NCBI GenBank assembly: GCA_963789265.1
Contig: CAWBKB010000001.1
Span: 1,760,001 to 1,824,000 of the forward strand
DNA from: an uncultured delta proteobacterium
Lineage (GTDB): Bacteria > Desulfobacterota > Desulfomonilia > Desulfomonilales > Desulfomonilaceae
DNA: 64,000 bases
Direction of reading: 5' to 3'
Position numbers and translations under genes: made by a program. The notes under the pieces are model-generated. The model was not told the origin of the DNA. It saw only the letters and a list, made by a program, of their open reading frames with translations, and did not search any database. This document shows, piece after piece, positions 1-9,130 of this stretch (its first letter is position 1; each line of letters starts with the position of its first letter).

Positions 1-6
1 AATCTC

Positions 7-84
7 GTGGGGCGGTCCCGCGAGGCGCGGGACTGCTTGGCGGAGAAACTCCTGTTTAATGGCGGGCTAGAAAGCCCACCCCAC
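7..84. repeat. GTGG-type REP-like doublet containing a CCCGCG..CGCGGG mini-hairpin
   Basis: Bounded by CGTGGGGCGG...CCCACCCCACG; internal hairpins cccgcgaggcgcggg and gggctagaaagccc. Confidence 0.55.
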
Positions 85-131
85 GAAGCCATCCGCAAAT
101 TCCGGCTGTAACTGAATGCATACATCTAAAC

Positions 132-278
132 GGAACCATTCACTTACGCGGGGATTTTTCTGCCCCTTGTCATTGCGAGGAGTGAAACGACGAAGCAATC
201 TAAGCGGCGTTCAAAGGAAAAGATTGCTTCGCTTTGCTCGCAATGACAATCTCTTGCCGCGCGTAAGTGAATGGTTAC
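132..278. mobile_element. MITE family A (IS66-like ends), copy 1
   Basis: TIRs GGAACCATTCACTTACGCG / CGCGTAAGTGAATGGTTAC; 8-bp flanks ATCTAAAC / ATCGAAAC; internal palindrome GTCATTGCGAG..GAAGCAATCT..AGATTGCTTCG..CTCGCAATGAC; homologues at 10579 and 43821. Confidence 0.8.
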
Positions 279-584
279 ATCGAAACCGACTTTTTCCTTG
301 ACTTGTCCAAATCCGTAGTTAAACTGACCAAGCGCGGAACGATTTCGCTTTGAAGGAGATTGGAAGTCAAGGAAATGAACGATTCTGACGGCCCTAGTTG
401 TTGCAAGACAACGAGACCAAGGATGTTGGACATCAAGAAACAAAACCAAGGACCCCGCGGAAAAGTCCGGCGGCAATTGAGGTGACCCGTCCTTTAGTGT
501 GATCCCCGTTCGCCTCCAGCCGCATCGGACTGCGGTCCCCACCTGAGAGGCGAAACTAATAAACGCGTAAAACCAACAAACTTT

Positions 585-714
585 CGCTAGAGATGGTTCA
601 GAGTCATGATCGGCCGGTCGAATGTGGCTAGGTCCGCTTTCCGATTGGCCGATCTGTGACTTCCAGAAGTCCTAAAGAGACCGTCCTACTGGCAGCCTTT
701 ATCGGAGTGACGGC
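585..714 (+). promoter_or_regulatory. Structured 5' leader, candidate metal-sensing riboswitch-like element
   Basis: Stem GTCATGATCGGCC/GGCCGATCTGTGAC; GATGGTT can pair with GACCGTC, which can alternatively pair with GACGGC between the SD and the TTG start. Confidence 0.45.
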
Positions 715-1977
715 TTGGAAACTGCTCAATTTCACACATATTATCTTAGCGGCTTGCTCGCTACGAGAGTCCTCTCCGCCGAAGGGAAAGTCCTCGGTAA
801 GACTCTGGATTTGCTGGTAGACTTGGATCGGCCGCAACCCGAAGTGGTGAAGCTTGTCTATCGCCATTCCTGGTCCAGAGAACGCTGGTGCGGCAACTGG
901 ACTGACGTCGAATTGGTAGAGCCTCGAGGGATCAGGCTGAAGGCCGGTGCCATTCCAAAGCCCCTGGCCGACGGGTCATTCCCATCTTCCCAGATTCTTT
1001 TGAGGGATTTCCTTTTGGATAAACAGATAGTGGACGTTCATGGGGCTAAGCTCGAACGGGTGAACGATCTTCAGTTTGTCGGCTCCAATGGAAAGCTTAT
1101 GCTGACGCAAGTGGATGTCGGCCTCAGGGGCCTCTTGCGCCGTCTAGGATTTGAAAACGCCGTCATGCGGTTTACCGAATGGTTTTTCGATTACACGCCC
1201 AAGGAAAAGTTTATCGCCTGGAATTACGTGCAGCCACTGGCCGATAGGGATCGCCTCAGGTTGCAGATTCCTCAGGGCAGTCTTCCTCAGCTTCATCCAG
1301 CCGATCTTGCCGACATTATCGAAGACATGGATGTTCACGAGCGGGCTGCTGTGGTCGAGTCTCTCAATGAAGAGGTCCTTGCCGACGCGTTGGAAGAAAT
1401 GGACCCAAAGGTTCAAGTCTCAATAATGAGAGGGCTTGAGCCCGAAAAGGCCGCGGATATTCTGGAAGAAATGTCTCCGGACGACGCCGCGGACCTTATC
1501 GCCGATCTCCCCACCGATACCGTTAAGGGAATTTTCCAAGAGATGGACGGCCAGTACCAGGAGACTGTCAAAGGCTTACTGGCCCATGAGGAAGATGAGG
1601 CTGGCGGTCTGATGACCACTCAATTTATCGCGCTCCCCCCTGACAATACTATTGTGGACGCGCTTGCCGCCGTGAAACAAAATGCAGACAAGACGGATGT
1701 AATCTATTACATCTACGTAGTAGATCAGCGCTCCAGCCTCCTTGGTGTAATAAATCTGAGAGAACTCCTTTCTCATGAGATCTTCACCCCCCTTGAGAGA
1801 ATAATGACGACCAGGTTGATCACGGCCAAAATCGATGATGAGGCCGCTGACCTGGCGGACCTGTTCGTCAAGTACGGTTTCCGAGCGATTCCGGTGGTCG
1901 ATGACGAAAACCGGATCCAAGGAGTAATTCGATTTAAAGCCTTGATGGACATCGTCGCTCCGCATCTTGGCAAGTGA
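715..1977 (+). CDS. PRC-barrel + MgtE N-terminal + CBS domain protein (cytosolic MgtE-like, no TM domain)
   Basis: LHPADLADIIE, EEMSPDDAADL, AGGLMTT, YYIYVVD, AIPVVD motifs; no hydrophobic C-terminal domain. Confidence 0.9.
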   Translation: METAQFHTYYLSGLLATRVLSAEGKVLGKTLDLLVDLDRPQPEVVKLVYRHSWSRERWCGNWTDVELVEPRGIRLKAGAIPKPLADGSFPSSQILLRDFLLDKQIVDVHGAKLERVNDLQFVGSNGKLMLTQVDVGLRGLLRRLGFENAVMRFTEWFFDYTPKEKFIAWNYVQPLADRDRLRLQIPQGSLPQLHPADLADIIEDMDVHERAAVVESLNEEVLADALEEMDPKVQVSIMRGLEPEKAADILEEMSPDDAADLIADLPTDTVKGIFQEMDGQYQETVKGLLAHEEDEAGGLMTTQFIALPPDNTIVDALAAVKQNADKTDVIYYIYVVDQRSSLLGVINLRELLSHEIFTPLERIMTTRLITAKIDDEAADLADLFVKYGFRAIPVVDDENRIQGVIRFKALMDIVAPHLGK

Positions 1978-1993
1978 TTCTGGAGAGTAAACA

Positions 1994-3274
1994 GTGTCGA
2001 ACGAAATCGCCAACTCGAGTAACGCCAAAGGACAAGGATACTTCGGGCGACGAATGATAGCCTTGTGGGGTGTGCTCATCCTGCTCGGACCAGGTATTAT
2101 CACGTCCAACGTGGATAATGATGCCGGCGGAATTACAACTTATTCTCTTGCCGGCGCTCAATTTGGCCTGACCCTGCTCTGGTCGCTGATTCCGATCGCG
2201 ATTATTCTTCTAATCGTTCAAGAAATGGGCGCCAGGATGGGAGTGGTCTCCGGCAAGGGGCTATCGGACTTGATTCGGGAACGTTTTGGGGCCAAACATA
2301 CCTTCTACCTGATGATTCTGCTGGTCCTCACGAACCTGGCGAATACTCTGGCAGAATTTGCAGGGATCGCCGCCTCCCTGGAGATCTTCGGCCTTTCCCG
2401 TTACATCACTATTCCTCTGAGTATCCTCTTCCTCATGTGGCTCGCGGTCAAAGGATCATACAGGTCGGTTGAAAAGGTCTTTCTCACTGCCTGCGTCTTT
2501 TATGTATCGTATATAGCCGCCGGTTTTCTGGTTCGACCGGACTGGTTTCACGTAGTCAGGGCTGTGGCTGTCCCGACTTTCAGGACCGATTCCGCTTTTC
2601 TGGTCATGCTCGTGGGGCTGGTGGGTACCACAATTGCCCCATGGCAGCAATTCTATCTTCAGGCCTCAATCGTGGACAAAGGCTTGATGGCAAAAGACAT
2701 AAGGGTCGCTCGTATAGATGTCATCGCAGGCTCAATACTCGTGAACGTGGTGGCTTTCTTCATCATTCTCGCCTGTGCGGCCACACTCTTCAAAGCCGGC
2801 GTTAAGATCGAGACCGCGAAAGATGCTGCGCTCGCCTTAAGGCCGTTAGCAGGACCTTACTGCACTTGGCTTTTCGCCTTCGGTCTTTTTAATGCCTCGA
2901 TGTTTTCGGCGGCGATTCTGCCATTGTCGACTGCATACACTGTTTGCGAAGCTTTTGGCTGGGAGTCCAGTCTGGATAAGAAGTTCTCGGAAGCTCCTCA
3001 ATTTTATGGCCTCTACTGTTTCACGATTTTTTTCTCGGGTCTGGTAATCCTGATCCCCACCCTACCCCTTGTCCCGATCATGTTTATTTCTCAGGTCATT
3101 AACGGTCTCGTGCTCCCTGTGGTCCTGGTTTTTATGCTACTGCTGATTAACGACTCTTCAATAATGGGGGACCACACGAACGGGTTTTTTCTGAATCTTG
3201 TGTCATGGTCCGTGGTGATCATGCTCGCGGTTTTGAGCATTGTCATGATCTTTTCCGGGTTTTCGCCGGCTTGA
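1994..3274 (+). CDS. NRAMP-family divalent metal transporter (NrmT/Mg2+-type)
   Basis: LGPGIITSNVDNDAGGITTYS and GTTIAPWQQFY motifs, many TM segments, downstream of the MgtE-CBS gene. Confidence 0.9.
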   Translation: MSNEIANSSNAKGQGYFGRRMIALWGVLILLGPGIITSNVDNDAGGITTYSLAGAQFGLTLLWSLIPIAIILLIVQEMGARMGVVSGKGLSDLIRERFGAKHTFYLMILLVLTNLANTLAEFAGIAASLEIFGLSRYITIPLSILFLMWLAVKGSYRSVEKVFLTACVFYVSYIAAGFLVRPDWFHVVRAVAVPTFRTDSAFLVMLVGLVGTTIAPWQQFYLQASIVDKGLMAKDIRVARIDVIAGSILVNVVAFFIILACAATLFKAGVKIETAKDAALALRPLAGPYCTWLFAFGLFNASMFSAAILPLSTAYTVCEAFGWESSLDKKFSEAPQFYGLYCFTIFFSGLVILIPTLPLVPIMFISQVINGLVLPVVLVFMLLLINDSSIMGDHTNGFFLNLVSWSVVIMLAVLSIVMIFSGFSPA

Positions 3275-3405
3275 GACCGAATTAGCGAATGTGCTACTCA
3301 ATGGCCCTCTTGGCCTCGATCGCAGCCAAATTTGTCACGGGGGGGGCGGGTAAGTGCTTGGGAAGTCATAAGGCAGCCTTTCTCGCACACACACAGAAAA
3401 TGGAC

Positions 3406-3434
3406 TTGACAGATTCATCACGTTTTGTTAGCCT
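3406..3434 (+). promoter_or_regulatory. sigma70-like promoter
   Basis: TTGACA-17 nt-TAGCCT with TG extension. Confidence 0.5.
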
Positions 3435-3574
3435 CGTCTACTACTAGGCGACTTGTCTGTCAATGTCTGATCGTCGTAAACAAGGAAGGGGTCCGTCATG
3501 ATGCCTGTGGCCGGGACCCTCTTCTGGTAGGATCGGCCTCAACGCCGGTTGTTTATGAAACGCCTGCAGGGAGG

Positions 3575-3780
3575 AACTGTCTCAAAATTCTTGAACTGGA
3601 CGCAACCGTAACACGAAATTCCCTCACCCTGACCCTCTCCCAATGGGCGAGAGGACGCTAACAGAGACCTTGGATCAGCTCCCTCTCCTTCTGGGAGAGG
3701 GCTGGGGTGAGGGCGCTGAAAATGCTGACCAGGCCTAATCGTGGCACGATTCTGGGCATCATATTCGTTTTGAGACAGTT
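3575..3780. mobile_element. MITE family D (IS1182/IS5-like ends) carrying CCCTCACCC..CCCTCTCCC palindromes, copy 1
   Basis: TIR AACTGTCTCAAAA / TTTTGAGACAGTT; inverted homologue at 13717-13926 shares AATCGTGGCACGATTCTGG. Confidence 0.75.
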
Positions 3781-3917
3781 TGCGGACTCCGGCGCTACCG
3801 GACAAGTGGCACCGTACTTAGTAAATTGAGCACTGGGTTCGACTTTGATGCTATTTCTACAAGTTGTATGTTTGAGTTGCCACGATCACACGAATCGTGC
3901 TACGATAGTGCGTCCTT

Positions 3918-5657
3918 TTGACAGTTTTTGGTTCTAATGCAATGGGAGGATGGATCATGCGGAGGCTCACGCGCTGGATTTTATTCGCTGTTTGCGGAGT
4001 CTGGACGGTCTTTTTTGCTCCGTGCGCATTTGGATGGGAATTCGACTTGGGCGTATCCTTTAATTGGATTTACGAATGGTATGATCAGCAGGGTCATAGC
4101 GGTTTTTTCGGACCATATAATGTCGACAACGGCCCCGGTAATACGGCAAATCTTAACTTTTGGAACGGCGCGCAGTTTGACACCAACACGACCACCGGCG
4201 CGAGTGCAGGATGGTCTTACTTCTACGTGGAATTCCTGCCGAAATTTAGGGTGAACCCGGCAATCAAGTTTGAGGGCAAATATCGGCTCGCCACCTGGGG
4301 CAGTCTGATAAACAACTTCTACCATACACAGGACGCGCCCGGGGTGAACACGGCATTCACCGACGGGCAGTGGACCATGTTCTGGGTTACCGCGCAAACT
4401 CCCTGGGGTATCTTTGGGATCGGGAAAAGGCCGTGGGAATTCGGAACCGGCCTCCAGTACGACATGGATGGACTTTCGACTGAATCCATGGTTCTTGTGA
4501 TTCCGTATGGGCCTCTGGACATCGGGATCGGCTACTATCCATACAGGTTCGTTGGAACTTCAAGTATTCCGGAGTTAGCTCCCTTGGGAGATCCGTTCGA
4601 TTTGATAACGGTGACACCTGGGGTCAGAAGACAGTATTTTAGTCGTGCAGACAAAAGCGGGAGCACATCAACCGACGTTTTGGCTTTCTTAACTTACTCC
4701 AGCGGGCCTCTTCAAGCGGGAGTTATCGGAAACTACGGCACCTTCCATATAGGTCCGGAAGCCCCGCTGGAGGTGGCTGCAGCACAACCGGTGGGTCAAG
4801 ACTCGGAGTATTGCCACGGGTCGATCTTTTCAAAATATAATAACGGCCGATTCTTCTTCAACGCTGAAGCAGCCTGGGTATATTGGACCGACCGGTATTC
4901 AGATCCAACCGGACTTTTTGTCACGAACGGCATTCATGCCACCACAAGATACATCGAGCAGTGGCGGTACATGGTTGAGTTGGGATGCTTTGCAGGCCCT
5001 GCAAAGGTCAGCTTTTTGTACGGCATGGCTCCCGGTCCGGATCGTAGGAATGGTACCTTCATTGACAGGCAGCCCGCAGCTTTTGTATGGCATCCCACTT
5101 TTGATGCTTACCTCGGCAATTTCAGTGTGTTCCGGCCCTACGCGTATCTCATCGGTTACGACTATGGATCCGGGCTGAATGCGTACAATCTCTCACGCGA
5201 TGGTTACATTAGAGATGCCTCGGTCTTAGCTACCCGAATCGATTATGCTGTGGCCGCTAATCTCAACGTCTTTGGGACATTTGCCTGGGCTGAAAGGACA
5301 TCCAATGGCTATAGCTGGGGCTGTATCGGCCCCAACGCCGGAGGCGGAAATTTTCCCGCTCCGTTAGATGGCGACATAAACTTCAACTTTAATCGCTATC
5401 CCGCGTCGCCAAACATTCCCGACCGCGGCCTTGGTTATGAGATCGACACGGGTTTCGCCTGGAGACTCCTTGAGGGGTTCGATGCCGGTATGATGTTCGC
5501 GTACTGGCAGCCTGGGAAATGGTTCAACTACGCGTGCATCGACAGATCGGTCGCTGGTTGGCAGGCTGGGACGGCCGGGAATTTTTTTGGTACGAGGCCG
5601 GGAAGGAGCATTGACCCGGTAATTGGCGGACAGTTCACCTTGATGATTTCCTTTTAG
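3918..5657 (+). CDS. Outer-membrane beta-barrel/porin-like protein (paralog 1)
   Basis: Signal peptide ending AFG-WEF, aromatic/Gly-rich alternating strands, C-terminal Phe; paralog at 45726-47444; true start may be ATG 3957. Confidence 0.75.
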   Translation: MTVFGSNAMGGWIMRRLTRWILFAVCGVWTVFFAPCAFGWEFDLGVSFNWIYEWYDQQGHSGFFGPYNVDNGPGNTANLNFWNGAQFDTNTTTGASAGWSYFYVEFLPKFRVNPAIKFEGKYRLATWGSLINNFYHTQDAPGVNTAFTDGQWTMFWVTAQTPWGIFGIGKRPWEFGTGLQYDMDGLSTESMVLVIPYGPLDIGIGYYPYRFVGTSSIPELAPLGDPFDLITVTPGVRRQYFSRADKSGSTSTDVLAFLTYSSGPLQAGVIGNYGTFHIGPEAPLEVAAAQPVGQDSEYCHGSIFSKYNNGRFFFNAEAAWVYWTDRYSDPTGLFVTNGIHATTRYIEQWRYMVELGCFAGPAKVSFLYGMAPGPDRRNGTFIDRQPAAFVWHPTFDAYLGNFSVFRPYAYLIGYDYGSGLNAYNLSRDGYIRDASVLATRIDYAVAANLNVFGTFAWAERTSNGYSWGCIGPNAGGGNFPAPLDGDINFNFNRYPASPNIPDRGLGYEIDTGFAWRLLEGFDAGMMFAYWQPGKWFNYACIDRSVAGWQAGTAGNFFGTRPGRSIDPVIGGQFTLMISF

Positions 5658-5692
5658 TCAATCCCCCTCTGCCAATCGACGGAAAATTCAGC

Positions 5693-6064
5693 ATGAGAAC
5701 ATCTACAATTTTGGTCGTGTGCATAGCCGCGATGACAGCAGCGTACGGTTTGGTAATTCCGGCTCCATTCAACTTGCATCCGAGCCGATATTCGTACGAC
5801 AAGTTTTATGGAATCGAACCGACTATCGCATGGTCTGCAGAGAATCGAACTCCTGCCCTGACTGAGGAAATGCCTGCACCGCGCACGGAAACATCACTCC
5901 CCTTCCCCACTCTGACCGCAGCTAGCGATAACAGTGGCGACGCGGAAGCCAACGACGGAAACGGCGACATAAAGAAAGACAGCGAGAAAGCGGACAAGAA
6001 AGGCGAAGACGCAGGGGACGAAGGGGGCTGGGATCGACTTTGGGATGTGCCAAAGCTCGGATGA
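5693..6064 (+). CDS. Hypothetical exported protein with acidic low-complexity tail
   Basis: 123-aa ORF with N-terminal hydrophobic segment, downstream of the porin. Confidence 0.6.
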   Translation: MRTSTILVVCIAAMTAAYGLVIPAPFNLHPSRYSYDKFYGIEPTIAWSAENRTPALTEEMPAPRTETSLPFPTLTAASDNSGDAEANDGNGDIKKDSEKADKKGEDAGDEGGWDRLWDVPKLG

Positions 6065-6074
6065 CAAGATAGTG

Positions 6075-6262
6075 CACCGCGGAGGACGCAAAGATTGCTG
6101 AGTTTTCAGTTTTCTCCACCCCTCCACGGTCGGCACGGCCAAATGTAGCCAGCGATAGTGAGATCAATTCCGGCCTACTGGGGTGAATTATCTGCGTTTT
6201 AGGCCCATACCGCGTTTCACGGAACGGTTATCCCGCGCGGACCGCTGGATTGATTGCCGGCG
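6075..6262 (+). repeat. Dispersed repeat family E, copy a
   Basis: Shares ACCGC.GAG.ACGC..AGA..GCTGAG, GCGA.AGTGAG..CAATTCCGGCC and CGGTTATCCCGC..GGATTGATTGC with 12863-13095. Confidence 0.65.
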
Positions 6263-6389
6263 AGGCGTTCCTTCTTTCTTCCTAGTGCGGGGGGCAGAAG
6301 ACTCACAATCCAACAACTACCTTTGCGAATTATAAGGCATTAATAGTAAAACATAACAATAAGATATTTTGATTTCTTAAAGTATTTTC

Positions 6390-6418
6390 TTGACTTTTAA
6401 TCCTGCTTCTCCTATAGT
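6390..6418 (+). promoter_or_regulatory. Strong sigma70-like promoter with AT-rich upstream region
   Basis: TTGACT-17 nt-TATAGT preceded by about 60 nt of AT-rich sequence. Confidence 0.65.
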
Positions 6419-6424
6419 CCCGAA

Positions 6425-6565
6425 CTGTGAGATGGCCGTTTGGTGAAAGCCGATGGCTGTCTTACTAGACCTCTCACCCTGGATGGACACCCTCCCTCCC
6501 CCATAACCCCCCCATCCAGGGCCCAGAGGTCATTTCAATCATTGGGCTTCTCTTCAAGCCCGTAC
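6425..6565 (+). ncRNA. Candidate small RNA (GAAA-tetraloop hairpin plus C-rich loop hairpin)
   Basis: Hairpin 6427-6465 with GAAA loop; hairpin 6468-6531 with a 25-nt C-rich loop; hairpin GGGCTT/AAGCCC; directly behind the promoter, no credible ORF. Confidence 0.5.
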
Positions 6566-6660
6566 TCTTGTGTCTGGGTGGCGGTCGCCGATGCGGCCGC
6601 CATCGGCGCGTCGGGACGACGGATCGGTCCAATCCCGATCTCCAGCTAATTAGAGACTCT

Positions 6661-6790
6661 GCCAATGCTCCATCAAGCGAGTGACAATCCCAAGACAGGA
6701 TGTGGTGCGGCAGGCACCGTGCCAGCGTACGCTGGCATGACGACAGACTGAAAGTGTGCCTGCCTTGCCAAGTTGTATTGTCAGAATTGG
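6661..6790 (+). repeat. Degenerate MITE family B copy
   Basis: CCAATGCTCCATCAAGCGAGTGACAATCCC resembles the family B left end; contains TGCCAGCGTACGCTGGCATGACGACA as in 45577-45601. Confidence 0.5.
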
Positions 6791-6851
6791 AGAGTCTGTG
6801 ATACGTAGTTCTTGTTTGCGAGCTTGACGAAACAACTCGAGGGGGCCTGAT

Positions 6852-6941
6852 ATGCGAGATATTCTGTCGCGGTTGATAGTGGCCCTTTTTCTTATTGCAT
6901 GCGTCTTGTTTCTTCGCTGGATCGGTTCGGTCTATCCGTAG
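6852..6941 (+). CDS. Candidate 29-aa single-TM peptide MRDILSRLIVALFLIACVLFLRWIGSVYP
   Basis: SD-like GAGGGGG upstream of ATG; continuous hydrophobic core; below the ORF-track length cut-off. Confidence 0.35.
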   Translation: MRDILSRLIVALFLIACVLFLRWIGSVYP

Positions 6942-7235
6942 AGTGCTGCGGGGGCCGAGTGATTTCGGGCAATACTCCACCGCTGAGAATTTTGTTTTCG
7001 ATGCACGTCTATCCGGTGGACCACACCAAATTCTGCTCTGCGACAGTCAAGGCTACACCGGCTTGGCGATACGCTCTGATGACTCGGACCAGTGCGCCAT
7101 CAAGCAAGTGACAATCCCCGCGAGGCTATGGTGGGGCATCCCGCGTTCCGCGGGATCACCCCGGACTTCGATCCGGGGATGTAGGGGCCGACCTTGTGTC
7201 TGCCCTCTTTCGGGCACCCACGAGAGGTGCCCCTA

Positions 7236-9130
7236 GTGCGCCTGCGAGCGTACCTAATCAGAGAGGTGCAAGTCCTCTCCAGGTCCACGCTACAGCCTGT
7301 AGCCGCCTGCAACTGCGTCGCTGCGAGGCGGGGTGGAGAGCAGCAGGGGGCGAACGACCAGTCCGTAGGCTGACAAACCCGTTTCGGCCGGGTGTTTTCG
7401 GCGAGCCTGCTAGGGAAAGGTGAAGCCTGGACGTATCTCCTGAGGCCTGAGTCGCCGGAACGCGACAATACACGGTACAGAGGTACGAGATCTGTTGCGC
7501 TGACAAACAAAGTGGCGGAAGGAAAAGCGACAACAGAGGAACACAAGGTGGTTAGGGACGGAATGGTCAGGAAGGTTGAGTACGTGAAGCAGGGAGACCT
7601 GTACGCCGGGAAGAGGCGTACAGGAGTCAGAGCCCCCATAGTAGCGTCGAGGCGCCGTAATGGGCGCGGAGCCAAGGGGGGCAGGGAGGTGGATACGTGG
7701 GTATCAGACAAGAGGAGGAGAAACCGACTCCAGTGTGCCGCGCTGTGTGCGGAACTAAACCGGCCGGAGAGACCCGAGACCGATGGTCCTGGGTTGAACC
7801 TAGTGTCTGGACAAAACGTATGTTGACGGCCCTGGAAAACGGGGTGAAAGGCGGCAAATGGTACAGCCTGATGGACAAGGTCAGCTCTCCGACGAACCTT
7901 AAGAGCGCTTTTGCCACGGTGAAAGCGAACAAAGGGGGGCCGGGCGTCGACCATCAGACCATCGAGATGTTCGAGTCCCGACTCGAAGATAATCTTAGGC
8001 TTTTGGAAGAGAGTCTTCGGACGGGAACGTACCGGCCTCAGGCCATCAAAAGGGTTTGGATACCCAAACCCGGAACGGCGGAAAAACGACCGCTGGGCAT
8101 ACCCACGGTTCGTGACCGCGTGGTCCAGGCCGCGTTGCGCAATGTTTTGGAACCGATATTTGAAAAGGACTTTGCTGTCCACAGTTACGGGTTTCGTCCG
8201 GGCTGCGGCTGCAAGGACGCACTGCGACGAGTCGATGCCCTGCTTCGCCAGGGCCATGTCTTTGTCGTGGATGCGGATCTCAAGTCCTACTTTGATACGA
8301 TTCCCCATGATCCTCTCATGGCCCGGCTTCGGGGAAAGCTTGCCGACAAGCCTCTCTTGGACCTCGTGGAGTCGTTCCTGCGTCAACGGGTAATGGATAC
8401 GATGGAGTGCTGGACTCCCGAGACAGGTACCCCCCAAGGGGCTGTCCTGTCTCCACTGCTCTCCAACATCTATCTTGACCCCCTTGACCATCTGATGGCT
8501 GGACATGGTGTCCAGATGGTGCGGTATGCCGATGACTTTGTGATCCTGTGCCGGACGGAGGGGGAGGCGCATATTGCGCTGGCTCTTGTTCAGGACTGGA
8601 CGACCACGGCCGGTCTGAGTTTGCACCCCACCAAGACCCGGATCGTCGATGCGACCGCCCGAGGCGGATTCGATTTTCTGGGTTATCACTTTGAGCGGGG
8701 TATGCGATGGCCTCGGCCCAAGAGTCTCCGGAAACTGAAAGACACTCTCCGAGCCAAGACCAAGCGCACCAACGGTCACAGTCTTTCGGCGATCGTCTTG
8801 GATGTGAACCGAACCCTCGGGGGCTGGTTTGAGTACTTCAAACACAGTCATTACACGACCTTTGCTCCACTGGACGGCTGGATACGCATGCGTCTGCGCA
8901 GTATCTTGCGCCGCCGGCGTGGCGGCTCCGGCCGTGGCCGAGGTGTCGATCATGTCCGCTGGCCCAATGCTTTCTTCGCCGAACATGGGTTGTTCTTCCT
9001 TGCCACAGCCTATCGTTTGGCCGGTCAATCCGCCCAGCGGTGAACCACCAACCGGAGAGCCGTATGCGGGAGATCCGCTCGTACGGTTCGGAGGGGGGAG
9101 CGCCGGGTAACCGGTCGTTCCTACCCCTAT
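7236..9130 (+). mobile_element. Group II intron (IIB-like, AGC triad, no endonuclease domain)
   Basis: 5' GTGCG; domain V GAGCCGTATGCGGGAGATCCGCTCGTACGGTTC (9057-9089); domain VI ending CCTACCCCTAT; RT ORF inside. Confidence 0.92.
7697..9043 (+). CDS. ltrA: Group II intron reverse transcriptase/maturase
   Basis: RPLGIPTVRDRVVQ, SYGFRPG, GTPQGAVLSPLLSNIYL, RYADD, FDFLGY, X domain; SD GGAGGT before GTG; no HNH domain. Confidence 0.95.
   Translation: MGIRQEEEKPTPVCRAVCGTKPAGETRDRWSWVEPSVWTKRMLTALENGVKGGKWYSLMDKVSSPTNLKSAFATVKANKGGPGVDHQTIEMFESRLEDNLRLLEESLRTGTYRPQAIKRVWIPKPGTAEKRPLGIPTVRDRVVQAALRNVLEPIFEKDFAVHSYGFRPGCGCKDALRRVDALLRQGHVFVVDADLKSYFDTIPHDPLMARLRGKLADKPLLDLVESFLRQRVMDTMECWTPETGTPQGAVLSPLLSNIYLDPLDHLMAGHGVQMVRYADDFVILCRTEGEAHIALALVQDWTTTAGLSLHPTKTRIVDATARGGFDFLGYHFERGMRWPRPKSLRKLKDTLRAKTKRTNGHSLSAIVLDVNRTLGGWFEYFKHSHYTTFAPLDGWIRMRLRSILRRRRGGSGRGRGVDHVRWPNAFFAEHGLFFLATAYRLAGQSAQR

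Noticed and set aside
116..542. Short ORFs such as SLRGVKRRSNL / SLRAKRSN (also 10568-10756 and 43825-44022)
   Set aside because: Translations of the family A palindromic repeat.
585..714. M-box (ykoK) or yybP-ykoY riboswitch
   Set aside because: The characteristic conserved sequences (TAGGTGAGGCTCC or AAAGGGGAGTAGC) are not present.
6895..7236. ORFs 6895-7236 and 6899-7111
   Set aside because: They read through repeat families E and B, so they are not credible genes.
7236..9130. Class IIC (terminator/attC-targeting) intron, retron or DGR
   Set aside because: Domain V has an AGC triad and full length; complete intron ends are present; no msr/msd, TR/VR pair or avd seen.
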